Source: Eimeria praecox (taxonomy: Eukaryota). Taken from it: 64,000 bases of DNA. Positions within the stretch are counted from its first letter, which is position 1. Each line of letters opens with the position of its first letter. The position numbers and the translations under genes were made by a program. The notes below the pieces were generated by a model. It made no database searches. It was not told the DNA's origin and saw only the letters and a list, made by a program, of their open reading frames with translations. Positions 15,001 to 28,022 of the stretch are shown in pieces. The stretch is from the NCBI GenBank assembly GCA_963920595.1, contig OY986947.1, positions 4,836,001-4,900,000 on the forward strand, in the 5' to 3' direction.

Positions 15001-18000
15001 AGAAAATGCTGAGCAAGTCCCCCAACACACACAACTAAACCTTGCAACTCCCTAACTCTACATACGGATTACGAATTCTAATTCCACATAAACACCACAC
15101 ACGCAACGACTAACCAACCTCCCATATGCATGTGCTATGAACCCTGCTTCCGCCCACACCAAACACAAAATCAGCTGCACCTCAAATCACCTACGGCCCC
15201 AATGAAACCAAATAATACACAAATCTGTCAGCCTCAACAACAATCAAACACACCGATGCTAACAAGGAGTGTCCTGTCCACACACTTTCTCCTCCTTCTG
15301 AAACAGAATATCAAATAAACCACCCGCAAGTCCATTCCACACTCACATGCATCCTTGTACTGCAGTGCGCTTAAACGCACAAAGTCACCACACGCTCCCC
15401 CACAAAGCACATCAAACCACCAATACTAACAAAAAATAGAACCCATATACCACCCTGCCAACACACCCAATCATCCTTCATTAGCGGTAAACAACGCACA
15501 GGCTCAGTTGGCTGAGAAAGTCCCCCAACACACACAACCAAACCATGCAATTCCCTAACCCTACATAAGCATCGCGAATTCTAATTCCACGTAAACACCA
15601 CACACGCAACGACTAACCAACCTCCCATATGCATGTGCTATGCCCACTCCTCTCGCCCACATCAAACGCAAAATCAGCTGCACCTCAAATCACCTACGGC
15701 CCCAAAGAAACCAAATCATACACAAACCTGTCAGCCTCAACAACAATCAAACACACCGATGCTAACAAGGAGTGTCCTGTCCACGCACTTTCTCCTCCTT
15801 CTGAAACAGAATATCAAATAAGCCACCCGCAAGTCCATTCCACACTCACATCCATCCTTGTACTAAAGTGCGCTTAAATGCACAAAGTCGCCACACGCCC
15901 CCCCACAAAGCACCTCAAACCTCCAATACTAACCAAGAAAATGCTGAGCAAGTCCCCCAACACACACAACTAAACCTTGCAACTCCCTAACTCTACATAC
16001 GGATTACGAATTCTAATTCCACATAAACACCACACACGCAACGACTAACCAACCTCCCATATGCATGTGCTATGAACCCTGCTTCCGCCCACACCAAACA
16101 CAAAATCAGCTGCACCTCAAATCACCTACGGCCCCAATGAAACCAAATAATACACAAATCTGTCAGCCTCAACAACAATCAAACACACCGATGCTAACAA
16201 GGAGTGTCCTGTCCACACACTTTCTCCTCCTTCTGAAACAGAATATCAAATAAGCCACCCGCAAGTCCATTCCACACGCATATGCATCCTTGTACTGCCG
16301 TGCGCTTAAATGCACAAAGTCACCACACGCTCCCCCACAAAGCACACCAAACCACGAATACTAACCAAGAAAATGCTGAGCAAGTCCCCCAACACACACA
16401 ACTAAACCTTGCAACTCCCTAACTCTACATACGCATCACGAATTCTAATTCCACATAAACACCACACACGCAACGACTAACCAACCTCCCATATGCATGT
16501 GCTATGCCCCCTGCTTCCGCCCACACCAAACACAAAATCAGCTGCACCTCAAATCACCTACGGCCCCAAAGAAACCAAATAATACACAAACCTGTCAGCC
16601 TCAACAGCAATCAAACACACCGATGCTAACAAGGAGTGTCCTGTCCACCCACTTTCTCCTCCTTCTGAAACAGAATATCAAATAAGCCACCCGCAAGTCC
16701 ATTCCACACTCACATGCATCCTTGTACTGCAGTGCGCTTAAATGCACAAAGTCGCCACACGCCCCCCCACAAAGCACATCAAACCTCCAATACTAACCAA
16801 GAAAATGCTGAGCAAGTCCCCCAACACACACAACTAAACCTTGCAACTCCCTAACTCTACATACGGATTACGAATTCTAATTCCACATAAACACCACACA
16901 CGCAACGACTAACCAACCTCCCATATGCATGTGCTATGAACCCTGCTTCCGCCCACACCAAACACAAAATCAGCTGCACCTCAAATCACCTACGGCCCCA
17001 ATGAAACCAAATAATACACAAATCTGTCAGCCTCAACAACAATCAAACACACCGATGCTAACAAGGAGTGTCCTGTCCACGCACTTTCTCCTCCTTCTGA
17101 AACAGAATATCAAATAAGCCACCCGCAAGTCCATTCCACACTCACATGCATCCTTGTACTGCAGTGCGCTTAAATGCACAAAGTCACCACACGCCCCCCC
17201 ACAAAGCACCTCAAACCTCCAATACTAACCAAGAAAATGCTGAGCAAGTCCCCCAACACACACAACTAAACCTTGCAACTCCCTAACTCTACATACGGAT
17301 TACGAATTCTAATTCCACATAAACACCACACACGCAACGACTAACCAACCTCCCATATGCATGTGCTATGAACCCTGCTTCCGCCCACACCAAACACAAA
17401 ATCAGCTGCACCTCAGATCACCTACGGCCCCAATGAAACCAAATAATATACAAATCTGTCAGCCTCAACAACAATCAAACACACCGATGCTAACAAGGAG
17501 TGTCCTGTCCACACACTTTCTCCTCCTTCTGAAACAGAATATCAAATAAGCCACCCGCAAGTCCATTCCACACTCACATCCATCCTTGTACTGCCGTGCG
17601 CTTAAATGCACAAAGTCACCACACGCTCCCCCACAAAGCACACCAAACCACCAATACTAACCAAGAAAATGCTGAGCAAGTCCCCCAACACACACAACTA
17701 AACCTTGCAACTCCCTAACTCTACATACGCATCACGAATTCTAATTCCACATAAACACCACACACGCAACGACTAACCAACCTCTCATATGCATGTGCTA
17801 TGAACCCTGCTTCCGCCCACACCAAACACAAACTCAGCTGCACCTCAAATCACCTACGGCCCCAAAGAAACCAAATAATACACAAATCTGTCAGCCTCAA
17901 CAACAATCAAACACACCGATGCTAACAAGGAGTGTCCTATCCACGCACTTTCTCCTCCTTCTGAAACAGAATATCAAATAAACCACCCGCAAGTCCATTC

Positions 18001-21000
18001 CACACTCACATGCATCCTTGTACTGCAGTGCGCTTAAACGCACAAAGTCACCACACGCTCCCCCACAAAGCACATCAAACCACCAATACTAACAAAAAAT
18101 AGAACCCATATACCACCCTGCCAACACACCCAATCATCCTTCATTAGCGGTAAACAACGCACAGGCTCAGTTGGCTGAGAAAGTCCCCCAACACACACAA
18201 CCAAACCATGCAATTCCCTAACCCTACATAAGCATCGCGAATTCTAATTCCACGTAAACACCACACACGCAACGACTAACCAACCTCCCATATGCATGTG
18301 CTATGCCCACTCCTGTCGCCCACATCAAACGCAAAATCAGCGGCGCCTCAAATCACCTACGGCCCCAAAGAAACCAAATCATACACAAACCTGTCAGCCT
18401 CAACAACAATCAAACACACCGATGCTAACAAGGAGTGTCCTGTCCACCCACTTTCTCCTCCTTCTGAAACAGAATATCAAATAAGCCACCCGCAAGTCCA
18501 TTCCACACTCACATCCATCCTTGTACTAAAGTGCGCTTAAATGCACAAAGTCGCCACACGCCCCCCCACAAAGCACCTCAAACCTCCAATACTAACCAAG
18601 AAAATGCTGAGCAAGTCCCCCAACACACACAACTAAACCTTGCAACTCCCTAACTCTACATACGGATTACGAATTCTAATTCCACATAAACACCACACAC
18701 GCAACGACTAACCAACCTCCCATATGCATGTGCTATGAACCCTGCTTCCGCCCACACCAAACACAAAATCAGCTGCACCTCAAATCACCTACGGCCCCAA
18801 TGAAACCAAATAATATACAAATCTGTCAGCCTCAACAACAATCAAACACACCGATGCTAACAAGGAGTGTCCTGTCCACGCACTTTCTCCTCCTTCTGAA
18901 ACAGAATATCAAATAAGCCACCCGCAAGTCCATTCCACACGCATATGCATCCTTGTACTGCCGTGCGCTTAAATGCACAAAGTCACCACACGCTCCCCCA
19001 CAAAGCACACCAAACCACCAATACTAACCAAGAAAATGCTGAGCAAGTCCCCCAACACACACAACTAAACCTTGCAACTCCCTAACTCTACATACGCATC
19101 ACGAATTCTAATTCCACATAAACACCACACACGCAACGACTAACCAACCTCTCATATGCATGTGCTATGCCCCCTGCTTCCGCCCACACCAAACACAAAA
19201 TCAGCTGCACCTCAAATCACCTACGGCCCCAAAGAAACCAAATCATACACAAATCTGTCAGCCTCAACAACAATCAAACACACCGATGCTAACAAGGAGT
19301 GTCCTATCCACGCACTTTCTCCTCCTTCTGAAACAGAATATCAAATAAACCACCCGCAAGTCCATTCCACACTCACATGCATCCTTGTACTGCAGTGCGC
19401 TTAAACGCACAAAGTCACCACACGCTCCCCCACAAAGCACATCAAACCACCAATACTAACAAAAAATAGAACCCATATACCACCCTGCCAACACACCCAA
19501 TCATCCTTCATTAGCGGTAAACAACGCACAGGCTCAGTTGGCTGAGAAAGTCCCCCAACACACACAACCAAACCATGCAATTCCCTAACCCTACATAAGC
19601 ATCGCGAATTCTAATTCCACGTAAACACCACACACGCAACGACTAACCAACCTCCCATATGCATGTGCTATGCCCACTCCTCTCGCCCACATCAAACGCA
19701 AAATCAGCTGCACCTCAAATCACCTACGGCCCCAAAGAAACCAAATCATACACAAACCTGTCAGCCTCAACAACAATCAAACACACCGATGCTAACAAGG
19801 AGTGTCCTGTCCACGCACTTTCTCCTCCTTCTGAAACAGAATATCAAATAAGCCACCCGCAAGTCCATTCCACACTCACATCCATCCTTGTACTGCAGTG
19901 CGCTTAAATGCACAAAGTCACCACACGCTCCCCCACAAAGCACATCAAACCACCAATACTAACCAGGAAAATGCTGAGCAGGTCCCCCAACACACACAAC
20001 CAAACCATGCAATTCCCTAACCCTACATAAGCATCGCGAATTCTAATTCCACGTAAACACCACACACGCAACGACTAACCAACCTCCCATATGCATGTGC
20101 TATGCCCACTCCTGTCGCCCACATCAAACGCAAAATCAGCTGCACCTCAGATCACCTACGGCCCCAATGAAACCAAATCATACACAAATCTGTCAGCCTC
20201 AACAACAATCAAACACACCGATGCTAACAAGGAGTGTCCTGTCCACGCACTTTCTCCTCCTTCTGAAACAGAATATCAAATAAGCCACCCGCAAGTCCAT
20301 TCCACACGCATATGCATCCTTGTACTGCCGTGCGCTTAAATGCACAAAGTCACCACACGCTCCCCCACAAAGCACACCAAACCACCAATACTAACCAAGA
20401 AAATGCTGAGCAAGTCCCCCAACACACACAACTAAACCTTGCAACTCCCTAACTCTACATACGCATCACGAATTCTAATTCCACATAAACACCACACACG
20501 CAACGACTAACCAACCTCTCATATGCATGTGCTATGAACCCTGCTTCCGCCCACACCAAACACAAAATCAGCTGCACCTCAAATCACCTACGGCCCCAAT
20601 GAAACCAAATCATACACAAACCTGTCAGCCTCAACAACAATCAAACACACCGATGCTAACAAGGAGTGTCCTATCCACGCACTTTCTCCTCCTTCTGAAA
20701 CAGAATATCAAATAAGGCACCCGCAAGTCCATTCCACACTCACATCCATCCTTGTACTGCAGTGCGCTTAAACGCACAAAGTCACCACACGCTTCCCCAC
20801 AAAGCACATCAAACCACCAATACTAACAAAAAATAGAACCCATATACCACCCTGCCAACACACCCAATCATCCTTCATTAGCGGTAAACAACGCACAGGC
20901 TCAGTTGGCTGAGAAAGTCCCCCAACACACACAACCAAACCATGCAACTCCCCAATTCTACATACGTATCACGAATTCTAATTCCACGTACACACCACCC

Positions 21001-23333
21001 ACGCAACGACTAACCAACTTCGCATATGCATGTGCTATGAACCCTGCTTCCGCCCACACAAAACACAAAATCAGCTGCACCTCAAATCACCTACGGCCCC
21101 AATGAAACCAAATAATACACAAATCTGTCAGCCTCTACAACAATCAAACACACCGATGCTAACAAGGAGTGTCCTGTCCACGCACTTTCTCCTCCTTCTG
21201 AAACAGAATATCAAATAAGCCACCCGCAAGTCCATTCCACACTCACATCCATCCTTGTACTGCCGTGCGCTTAAATGCACAAAGTCACCACACGCCCCCC
21301 CACCAAGCACACCAAACCTCCAATACTAACCAAGAAAATGCTGAGCAAGTCCCCCAACACACACAACTAAACCTTGCAACTCCCTAACTCTACATACGTA
21401 TCACGAATTCTAATTCCACATAAACACCACCCACACAACGACTAGCCAACCTCCCATATGCATGTGCTATGAACCCTGCTTCCGCCCAGACCAAACACAA
21501 AATCAGCTGCACCTCAAATCACCTACGGCCCCAATGAAACCAAATAATACACAAATCTGTCAGCCTCAACAACACTCAAACACACCGATGCTAACAAGGA
21601 GTGTCCTGTCCACACACTTTCTCCTCCTTCTGAAACAGAGTATCAAATAAACCACCCGCAAGTCCATTCCACACGCATATGCATCCTTGTTGCCGTGCGC
21701 TTAAACGCACAAAGTCACCACACGCTCCCCCACAAAGCACACCAAACCACCAATACTAACCAACAAAATGCTGAGCAAGTCCCCCAACACACACAACCAA
21801 ACCATGCAATTCCCTAACCCTACATAAGCATCGCGAATTCTAATTCCACGTAAACACCACCCACGCAACGACTAACCAACCTCCCATATGCATGTGCTAT
21901 GCCCACTCCTCTCGCCCACATCAAACGGAAAATCAGCTGCACCTCAAATCACCTACGGCCCCAATGAAACCAAATCATACACAAACCTGTCAGCCTCAAC
22001 AACAATCAAACACACCGATGCTAACAAGGAGTGTCCTGTCCACGCACTTTCTCCTCCTTCTGAAACAGAATATCAAATAAACCACCCGCAAGTCCATTCC
22101 ACACTCACATCCATCCTTGTACTGCAGTGCGCTTAAATGCACAAAGTCACCACACGCTCCCCCACAAAGCACATCAAACCACCAATACTAACAAAAAATA
22201 GAACCCATATACCACCCTGCCAACACACCCAATCATCCTTCATTAGCGGTAAACAACGCACAGGCTCAGTTGGCTGAGAAAGTCCCCCAACACACACAAC
22301 CAAACCATGCAACTCCCCAATCCTACATACGTATCACGAATTCTAATTCCACGTACACACCACCCACGCAACGACTAACCAACCTCCCATATGCACGTGG
22401 TATGCCCACTCCTGCTGCCTACACTAAAGACAAAATCAGCTGCACCTCAAATCACCTACGGCCCCAAAGAAACCAAATAATACACAAACCTGTCAGCCTC
22501 AACAACAATCAAACACACCGATGCTAACAAGGAGTGTCCTGTCCACACACTTTCTCCTCCGCCTGAAACAGAATATCAAATAAACCACCCGCAAGTCCAT
22601 TCCACACTCACATGCATCCTTGTACTAAAGTGCGCTCAAATGCACAAAGTCACCACACGCCCCCCCACAAAGCACCTCAAACCTCCAATACTAACCAAGA
22701 AAATGCTGAGCAAGTCCCCCAACACACACAACCAAAACATGCAACTCCCTAACCCTACATAAGCATCGCGAATTCTAATTCCACGTACACACCACCCACG
22801 CAACGACTAACCAACCTCTCATATGCATGTGCTATGCCCACTCCTCTCGCCCACATCAAACACAAAATCAGCTGCACCTCAAATCACCTACGGCCCCAAA
22901 GAAACCAAATCATACACAGACCTGTCAGTCTCAACAACAATCAAACACACCGATGCTAACAAGGAGTGTCCTGTCCACGCACTTTCTCCTCCTTCTGAAA
23001 CAGAGTATCAAATAAACCACCCGCAAGTCCATTCCACACTCACATGCATCCTTGTACTGCAGTGTGCTCAAATGCACAAAGTCACAACACACCCACCCAC
23101 AAAGCACCTCAAACCACCAGTAGTAACAAATAGAAGAACCCATATACCATCCCACTAACGCACCCAATCATCCTTCATAAGCGGTAAACACCCAACGCAC
23201 AGGCTCAGTTGGCTGAACCAGTCCCCCAACACACACAACCAAACCATGCAACTCCCCAACCCTACATACGCATCACGAATTCTAATAACACATAAACACC
23301 ACTCGCACAACGCCTAACCAACCTCCCATATGC
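1..23333. repeat. Homogeneous tandem array, 52 units of 430-432 bp or 503-507 bp (continues beyond the left edge of the window)
   Basis: The anchor CATATGCATGTGCTATG and the recurring 62-aa pseudo-ORF start at 22, 454, 885, (1388), 1820, 2251 ... 22827. Spacings are 432, 431 (six units), 430 (one unit), 503 (eleven units with a ~71-bp extra segment) and 507. The plus strand is strongly A/C-rich. There is one GAATTC per unit. Confidence 0.98.
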
Positions 23334-26300
23334 ATGTGCTATGCCCACTCCTGTCGCCCACACTAAACATAAAATCAGCTGTACCTCAAATCACTGAGCC
23401 CCCCAAAGAAACCAAATGCACGAGTCTTTCCTTCTGCCGAACAGTTAAGCAGGCCCACGGCAATAAGTCGTATCCTGTCTACTCACCCTCTGGAGCTATT
23501 GATAGACGGCCTGAGCTAAACCCAGCAGCAAATTAATACCACAGGCTCATGCCTCCTCGTACCCCAGGGACCCTAAATACGCCAAGCCACCCGTAAATGC
23601 CCTCGCTCAGTTAAGCATCTGCTCGATCTAAGCCTCTGCACAACACAACCTACATGCCCAGCCCGCGACTCCCCAGTCAGCTCATCAGCATACCAACCCA
23701 CGCCTACTCTACCCACTACCATCCACAAACGCCTAAATCCAAATGCGCGCACTCCCAATCACCACTATCACCACTTCCCCGTATAAGCACAGCTGGCCCA
23801 TCTACCAAACGCCCCCTCCCGTCTACCCCGAACACCTACACACCTTCCTCTCCAACCCCACAACGCTTGGCACAAACAAACACAACCCAGTCACCAGCAC
23901 CGCAACACCGCATACAACCATCTGGATACCGCCCCACCCTTACACCCAGAATCTGGCAACCAAATGAATGCACCAAGCTCTTCCTAAAGATCATTCCCAA
24001 GACGCCATTACTCCAGCAAATACAGACCGCCTACCTCCCTTCCTTACCAAATTCCCAACTGCTCCTAGGCTAATTCCTCATTGCATTCAACGCATTTCCA
24101 TTCCCCCCTTCACCAACCACCTCAAGCCACCAATACTAACCCAGTAACGAACCCACCTACCGTCCCCCCAGCACACCCAATCATCCATCATTAGCGGTGA
24201 GCCGCCAACGCACCGGCTGAGCGGTCTGGAGAAGTCCCCAACACACACAGCCAACGCATACAGCTACCTAGCTCTATCTACCCTTCATAGTCTCCATATA
24301 TACGCCACCCATACAATGGTAACCCAGCCTCGCATATGCATGTGCTATGCCCACTGCTGTTGCCCGCACAAAACGCAAAATCAGCTGCACCTCAAATTAT
24401 CTACGCTCCTAAAGGAACCAAATACACGCCCCCCCCTTCTGTCCAGCAATTAAGCACACCGGCCTCAATAAGTCACGTTCTGTCTACTCACCCTCTGGAG
24501 ATCCTGAAGTACGGACTCAGCTAAGCCCACCCGCAGGTCAATTCGACACTCGCATGCCTCCTCGTACCCCAGGGACCCTAAATACACCAAGCCACCCGTA
24601 AATGCCCTTGCTCAGTTAAGCATCTGCTCGATCTAAGCCTCTGCACAACACAACCTACATGCCCAGCCCGCGACTCCCCAGTCAGCTCATCAGCATACCA
24701 ACCCACGCCTACTCTATCCACTACCATCCACAAACGCCTAAATCCAAATGCGCGCACTCCCAATCACCACTATCACCACTTCCCCGTATACGCACAGCTG
24801 GCCCATCTACCAAACGCCCCCTACCGTCTACCCCGAACACCTACACACCTTCCTCTCCAACCCCACAACGCTTGGCACAAACAAGCACAACCCAGTCACC
24901 AGCACCGCAACACCGCATACAACCATCTGGATACCGCCCCACCCTTACACCCAGAATCTGGCAACCAAATGAATGCACCAAGCTCTTCCTAAAGATCATT
25001 CCCAAGACGCCATCGCTCCAGCAAACAAACATAAGCCACTCCCCCCGCGTCTGATTCTCCCCTCCGCCCTCGCTCATTCCTCATTGCACACCACACATCT
25101 TCACTCTCCCCTCCAACGAGCAACTCAAACCACCAATACTAACAAAAAAAAAGAATCCATATGCCATCCCGCTAAGCAATCACCCATCATTAGTGATGAA
25201 CTCCCAACGCACCAGCTTAGTCGGCTGAACAAGTCCTCCAACACACAGAACCAAAGCATGCAACTGCCAAAATCTACGCCTTGCCTATCCCCCACCAAAT
25301 CCACATATACGCCACCCGTGCAACGCTAACCCAGCCTCGCATATGCATATGCTATGCCCACTCCTGTCGCCCACACAAAACACAAAATCAGCTGCACCTC
25401 AAATCACCTACGGCCCCAAAGAAACCAAATCCACGGCCCCCCTTTCTGCCAATCACACAATTAAGCGCACCGACGACAATAAGTCGTATCCTGTCTACTC
25501 ACCCTCTGGGGCTATTGATACACGGCCTGAACTAAACCCAGCAACAAATTCATACCACACTCTCATGCCTCCTCGTACCCCAGGGACCCTAAATACACCA
25601 AGCCACCCGTAAATGCCCTTGCTCAGTTAAGCATCTGCTCGATCTAAGCCTCTGCACAACACAACCTACATGCCCAGCCCGCGAATCCCCAGTCAGCTCA
25701 TCAGCATACCAACCCACGCCTACTCTATCCACTACCATCCACAAACGCCTAAATCCAAATGCGCGCACTCCCAATCACCACTATCACCACTTCCCCGTAT
25801 ACGCACAGCTGGCCCATCTACCAAACGCCCCCTACCGTCTACCCCGAACACCTACACACCTTCCTCTCCAACCCCACAACGCTTGGCACAAACAAGCACA
25901 ACCCAGTCACCAGCACCGCAACACCGCATACAACCATCTGGATACCGCCCCACCCTTACACCCAGAATCTGGCAACCAAATGAATGCACCAAGCTCTTCC
26001 TAAACATCCTTCCCAAGACGCCATTACTCCAGCAAATACAGATCGCCTACCCCCCTTCCTTGCCGAATTCACCACTCGTCCTACGCCAATTTCTCATTGC
26101 ATTCAACACCCCTCCATTCCCCTCTTCACCAACCACCTCACACCGCCAATACTAACCCACTAACAAACTAATCTGCCATCATCCCAACACACCCGTTCAT
26201 CCTTCATTAGCGGTAAACTCAGTTGGCTGAACAAGTCCCCCAACACACAACCAAAGCATGCAACTCCCTAACTCTACATACGCATCGCGAATTCTAATTC

Positions 26301-27523
26301 CACATAAACACCACACACGCAACGCCTAACCAACCTCCCATATGCATGTGCTATGCCCACTCCTCTCGCCCACATCAAACGCAAAATCAGCTGCACCTCA
26401 AATCACCTGCGGCCCCAAAGAAACCAAATAATACACAAACCTGTCAGTCTCAACAACAATCAGACACACCGATGCTAACAAGGAGTGCCCTGTCCACACA
26501 CTTTCTCCTCCTTCTGAAACAGAGTATCAAATAAATCCACCCGCAAGTCCATTCCACATTCTCATGCATCCTTGTACTGCCGTGCGCTCAAATACACGAA
26601 GTCTGCACATGCCCCTCCACAAAGCACCTCAAACCACCAATGCTAACAAATAAAAGAACCAATATGCCATCCCACCAACGCACCCATTCATCTTGCATTA
26701 GCGGTAAACACCCAACGCACAGGCTCAGTTGGCTGAACAAGTCCCCCAACACACACAACCAAAACATGCAACTCCCCAACCCTACATACGCATCACGAAT
26801 TCTAATTCCACATAAACACCACCCACGCAACGCCTAACCAACCTCCCATATGCATGTGCTGTGCCCACTCCCGTCGCCCGCATCAAACGCAAAATCAGCT
26901 GCACCTCAAATCACCTGCGGCCCCAAAGAAACCAAATAATGCACAAACCTGTCAGTCTCAACAACAATCAGACACACCGATGCTAACAAGGAGCGTCCTG
27001 TCCACACACTTTCTCCTCCTTCTGAAACAGAGTATCAAATAAATCCACCCGCAAGTCCATTCCACATTCTCATGCATCCTTGTACTGCCGTGCGCTCAAA
27101 TACACGAAGTCTGCACATGCCCCTCCACAAAGCACCTCAAACCACCAATGCTAACAAATAAAAGAACCAATATGCCATCCCACCAACGCACCCATTCATC
27201 CTGCATTAGCGGTAAACACCCAACGCACAGGCTCAGTTGGCTGAACAAGTCCCCCAACACACACAACCAAAACATGCAACTCCCTAACTCTGCATACGCA
27301 TCACGAATTCTAATTCCACATAAACACCACCCACGTAACGCCTAACCAACCTCGCATATGCATGTGCTATGACCACTCCCGTCGCCCACATCAAACGCAA
27401 AATCAGCTGCACCTCAAATCACCTAAGCTCCCAGCTAAACTAAATACACGAACCTGCCATCCGCAACACTCGATCACATTGACACGAACAAATAGTGTCT
27501 TCTCCACCCACTTTCTGATCCTC
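178..27523 (-). CDS. Putative chain of 9-12-nt micro-exons embedded in the tandem array (hypothesis)
   Basis: Minus-strand YAG|exon|GT cassettes: TEEK 178-189, KEEK 1041-1052, KEDK 7729-7740, AEEK 22551-22562, DLQR 24492-24503, EDQK 27512-27523; PTEP 1255-1266 and 2621-2632, TAQP 24214-24225, PTKL 25213-25224; KERL 23422-23433. No transcript evidence is available. Confidence 0.45.
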
Positions 27524-27600
27524 CTGAAGCAGGGACTCAAGCCAGCCCGGCCGCACGTCCACTCTACATTCCGATGGGTGCTTGCAAATTAGCTCTACCA
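23334..27600. repeat. Diverged proximal end of the same array: three ~1.0-kb units (near 23334, 24340, 25347), two 508-bp units (26346, 26854) and a partial unit (27362)
   Basis: The same anchors (AATCAGCTGCACCTCAAAT, CCAATACTAAC, CATTAGCGGT) recur with many substitutions. The 1-kb units contain an additional ~0.5-kb internal block repeated three times (ORF MPSPR... at 23654, 24659, 25670). Confidence 0.93.
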
Positions 27601-28022
27601 AACACAAGCAGTCAGCCTCAAGGGCCCCCATCTAGGTAGGTTTCTGCTCGGTTCGCTTCAGCACACCAACCCGCGCCTCCATCCACTACCATAGACAAGT
27701 GCTATGCATCAACTTGGCCCACTCGCGGCCGCAACTGCCCTGTCGTCTCACGGGCCCGCCAGTCTGGCGGTTTTCCACTGCAAAGTACGCTAAGGAAGCG
27801 CATTTCTTTTCTTCTTATCGCCACCGCAGGGGCCCAAACGCTCACAACCCACGCAGCAAGACCGGATGCACGCGCCTGCCTATCACCGCGAAATACGACG
27901 GAAATGCTGGCATCCAAAGCACCGGCCTGCAGCCGGCAGTGGAAGACCCGTAAGCCATCCGTGTCCTGTTGGGGAACGGTCGCTGTCCCTGCTTCAGGTG
28001 TTAGGGGAGATGGTCGGCATAC

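Noticed and set aside
1..26340. Underlying 72-bp monomer (432=6x72, 503~7x72, 1006~14x72)
   Set aside because: The support is arithmetic only. Recurrent motifs such as CTAAC are not spaced at 72 bp, and I see no internal self-similarity at that period.
18..27592. Dozens of plus-strand 62-85 aa ORFs (MCYEPCFRPH..., MHVLCPLLSP..., MAEKVPQH...) as a tandem small-protein family
   Set aside because: They overlap in different frames and are gained or lost by single substitutions. They are expected by chance in repeated A/C-rich, stop-poor sequence and show no recognisable domain or signal peptide.
1..27600. CRISPR array, or rDNA/5S/snRNA/tRNA tandem cluster
   Set aside because: There are no unique spacers and the context is eukaryotic. 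I recognised no rRNA, snRNA or tRNA sequence in the unit; an Rfam scan would be the formal test.
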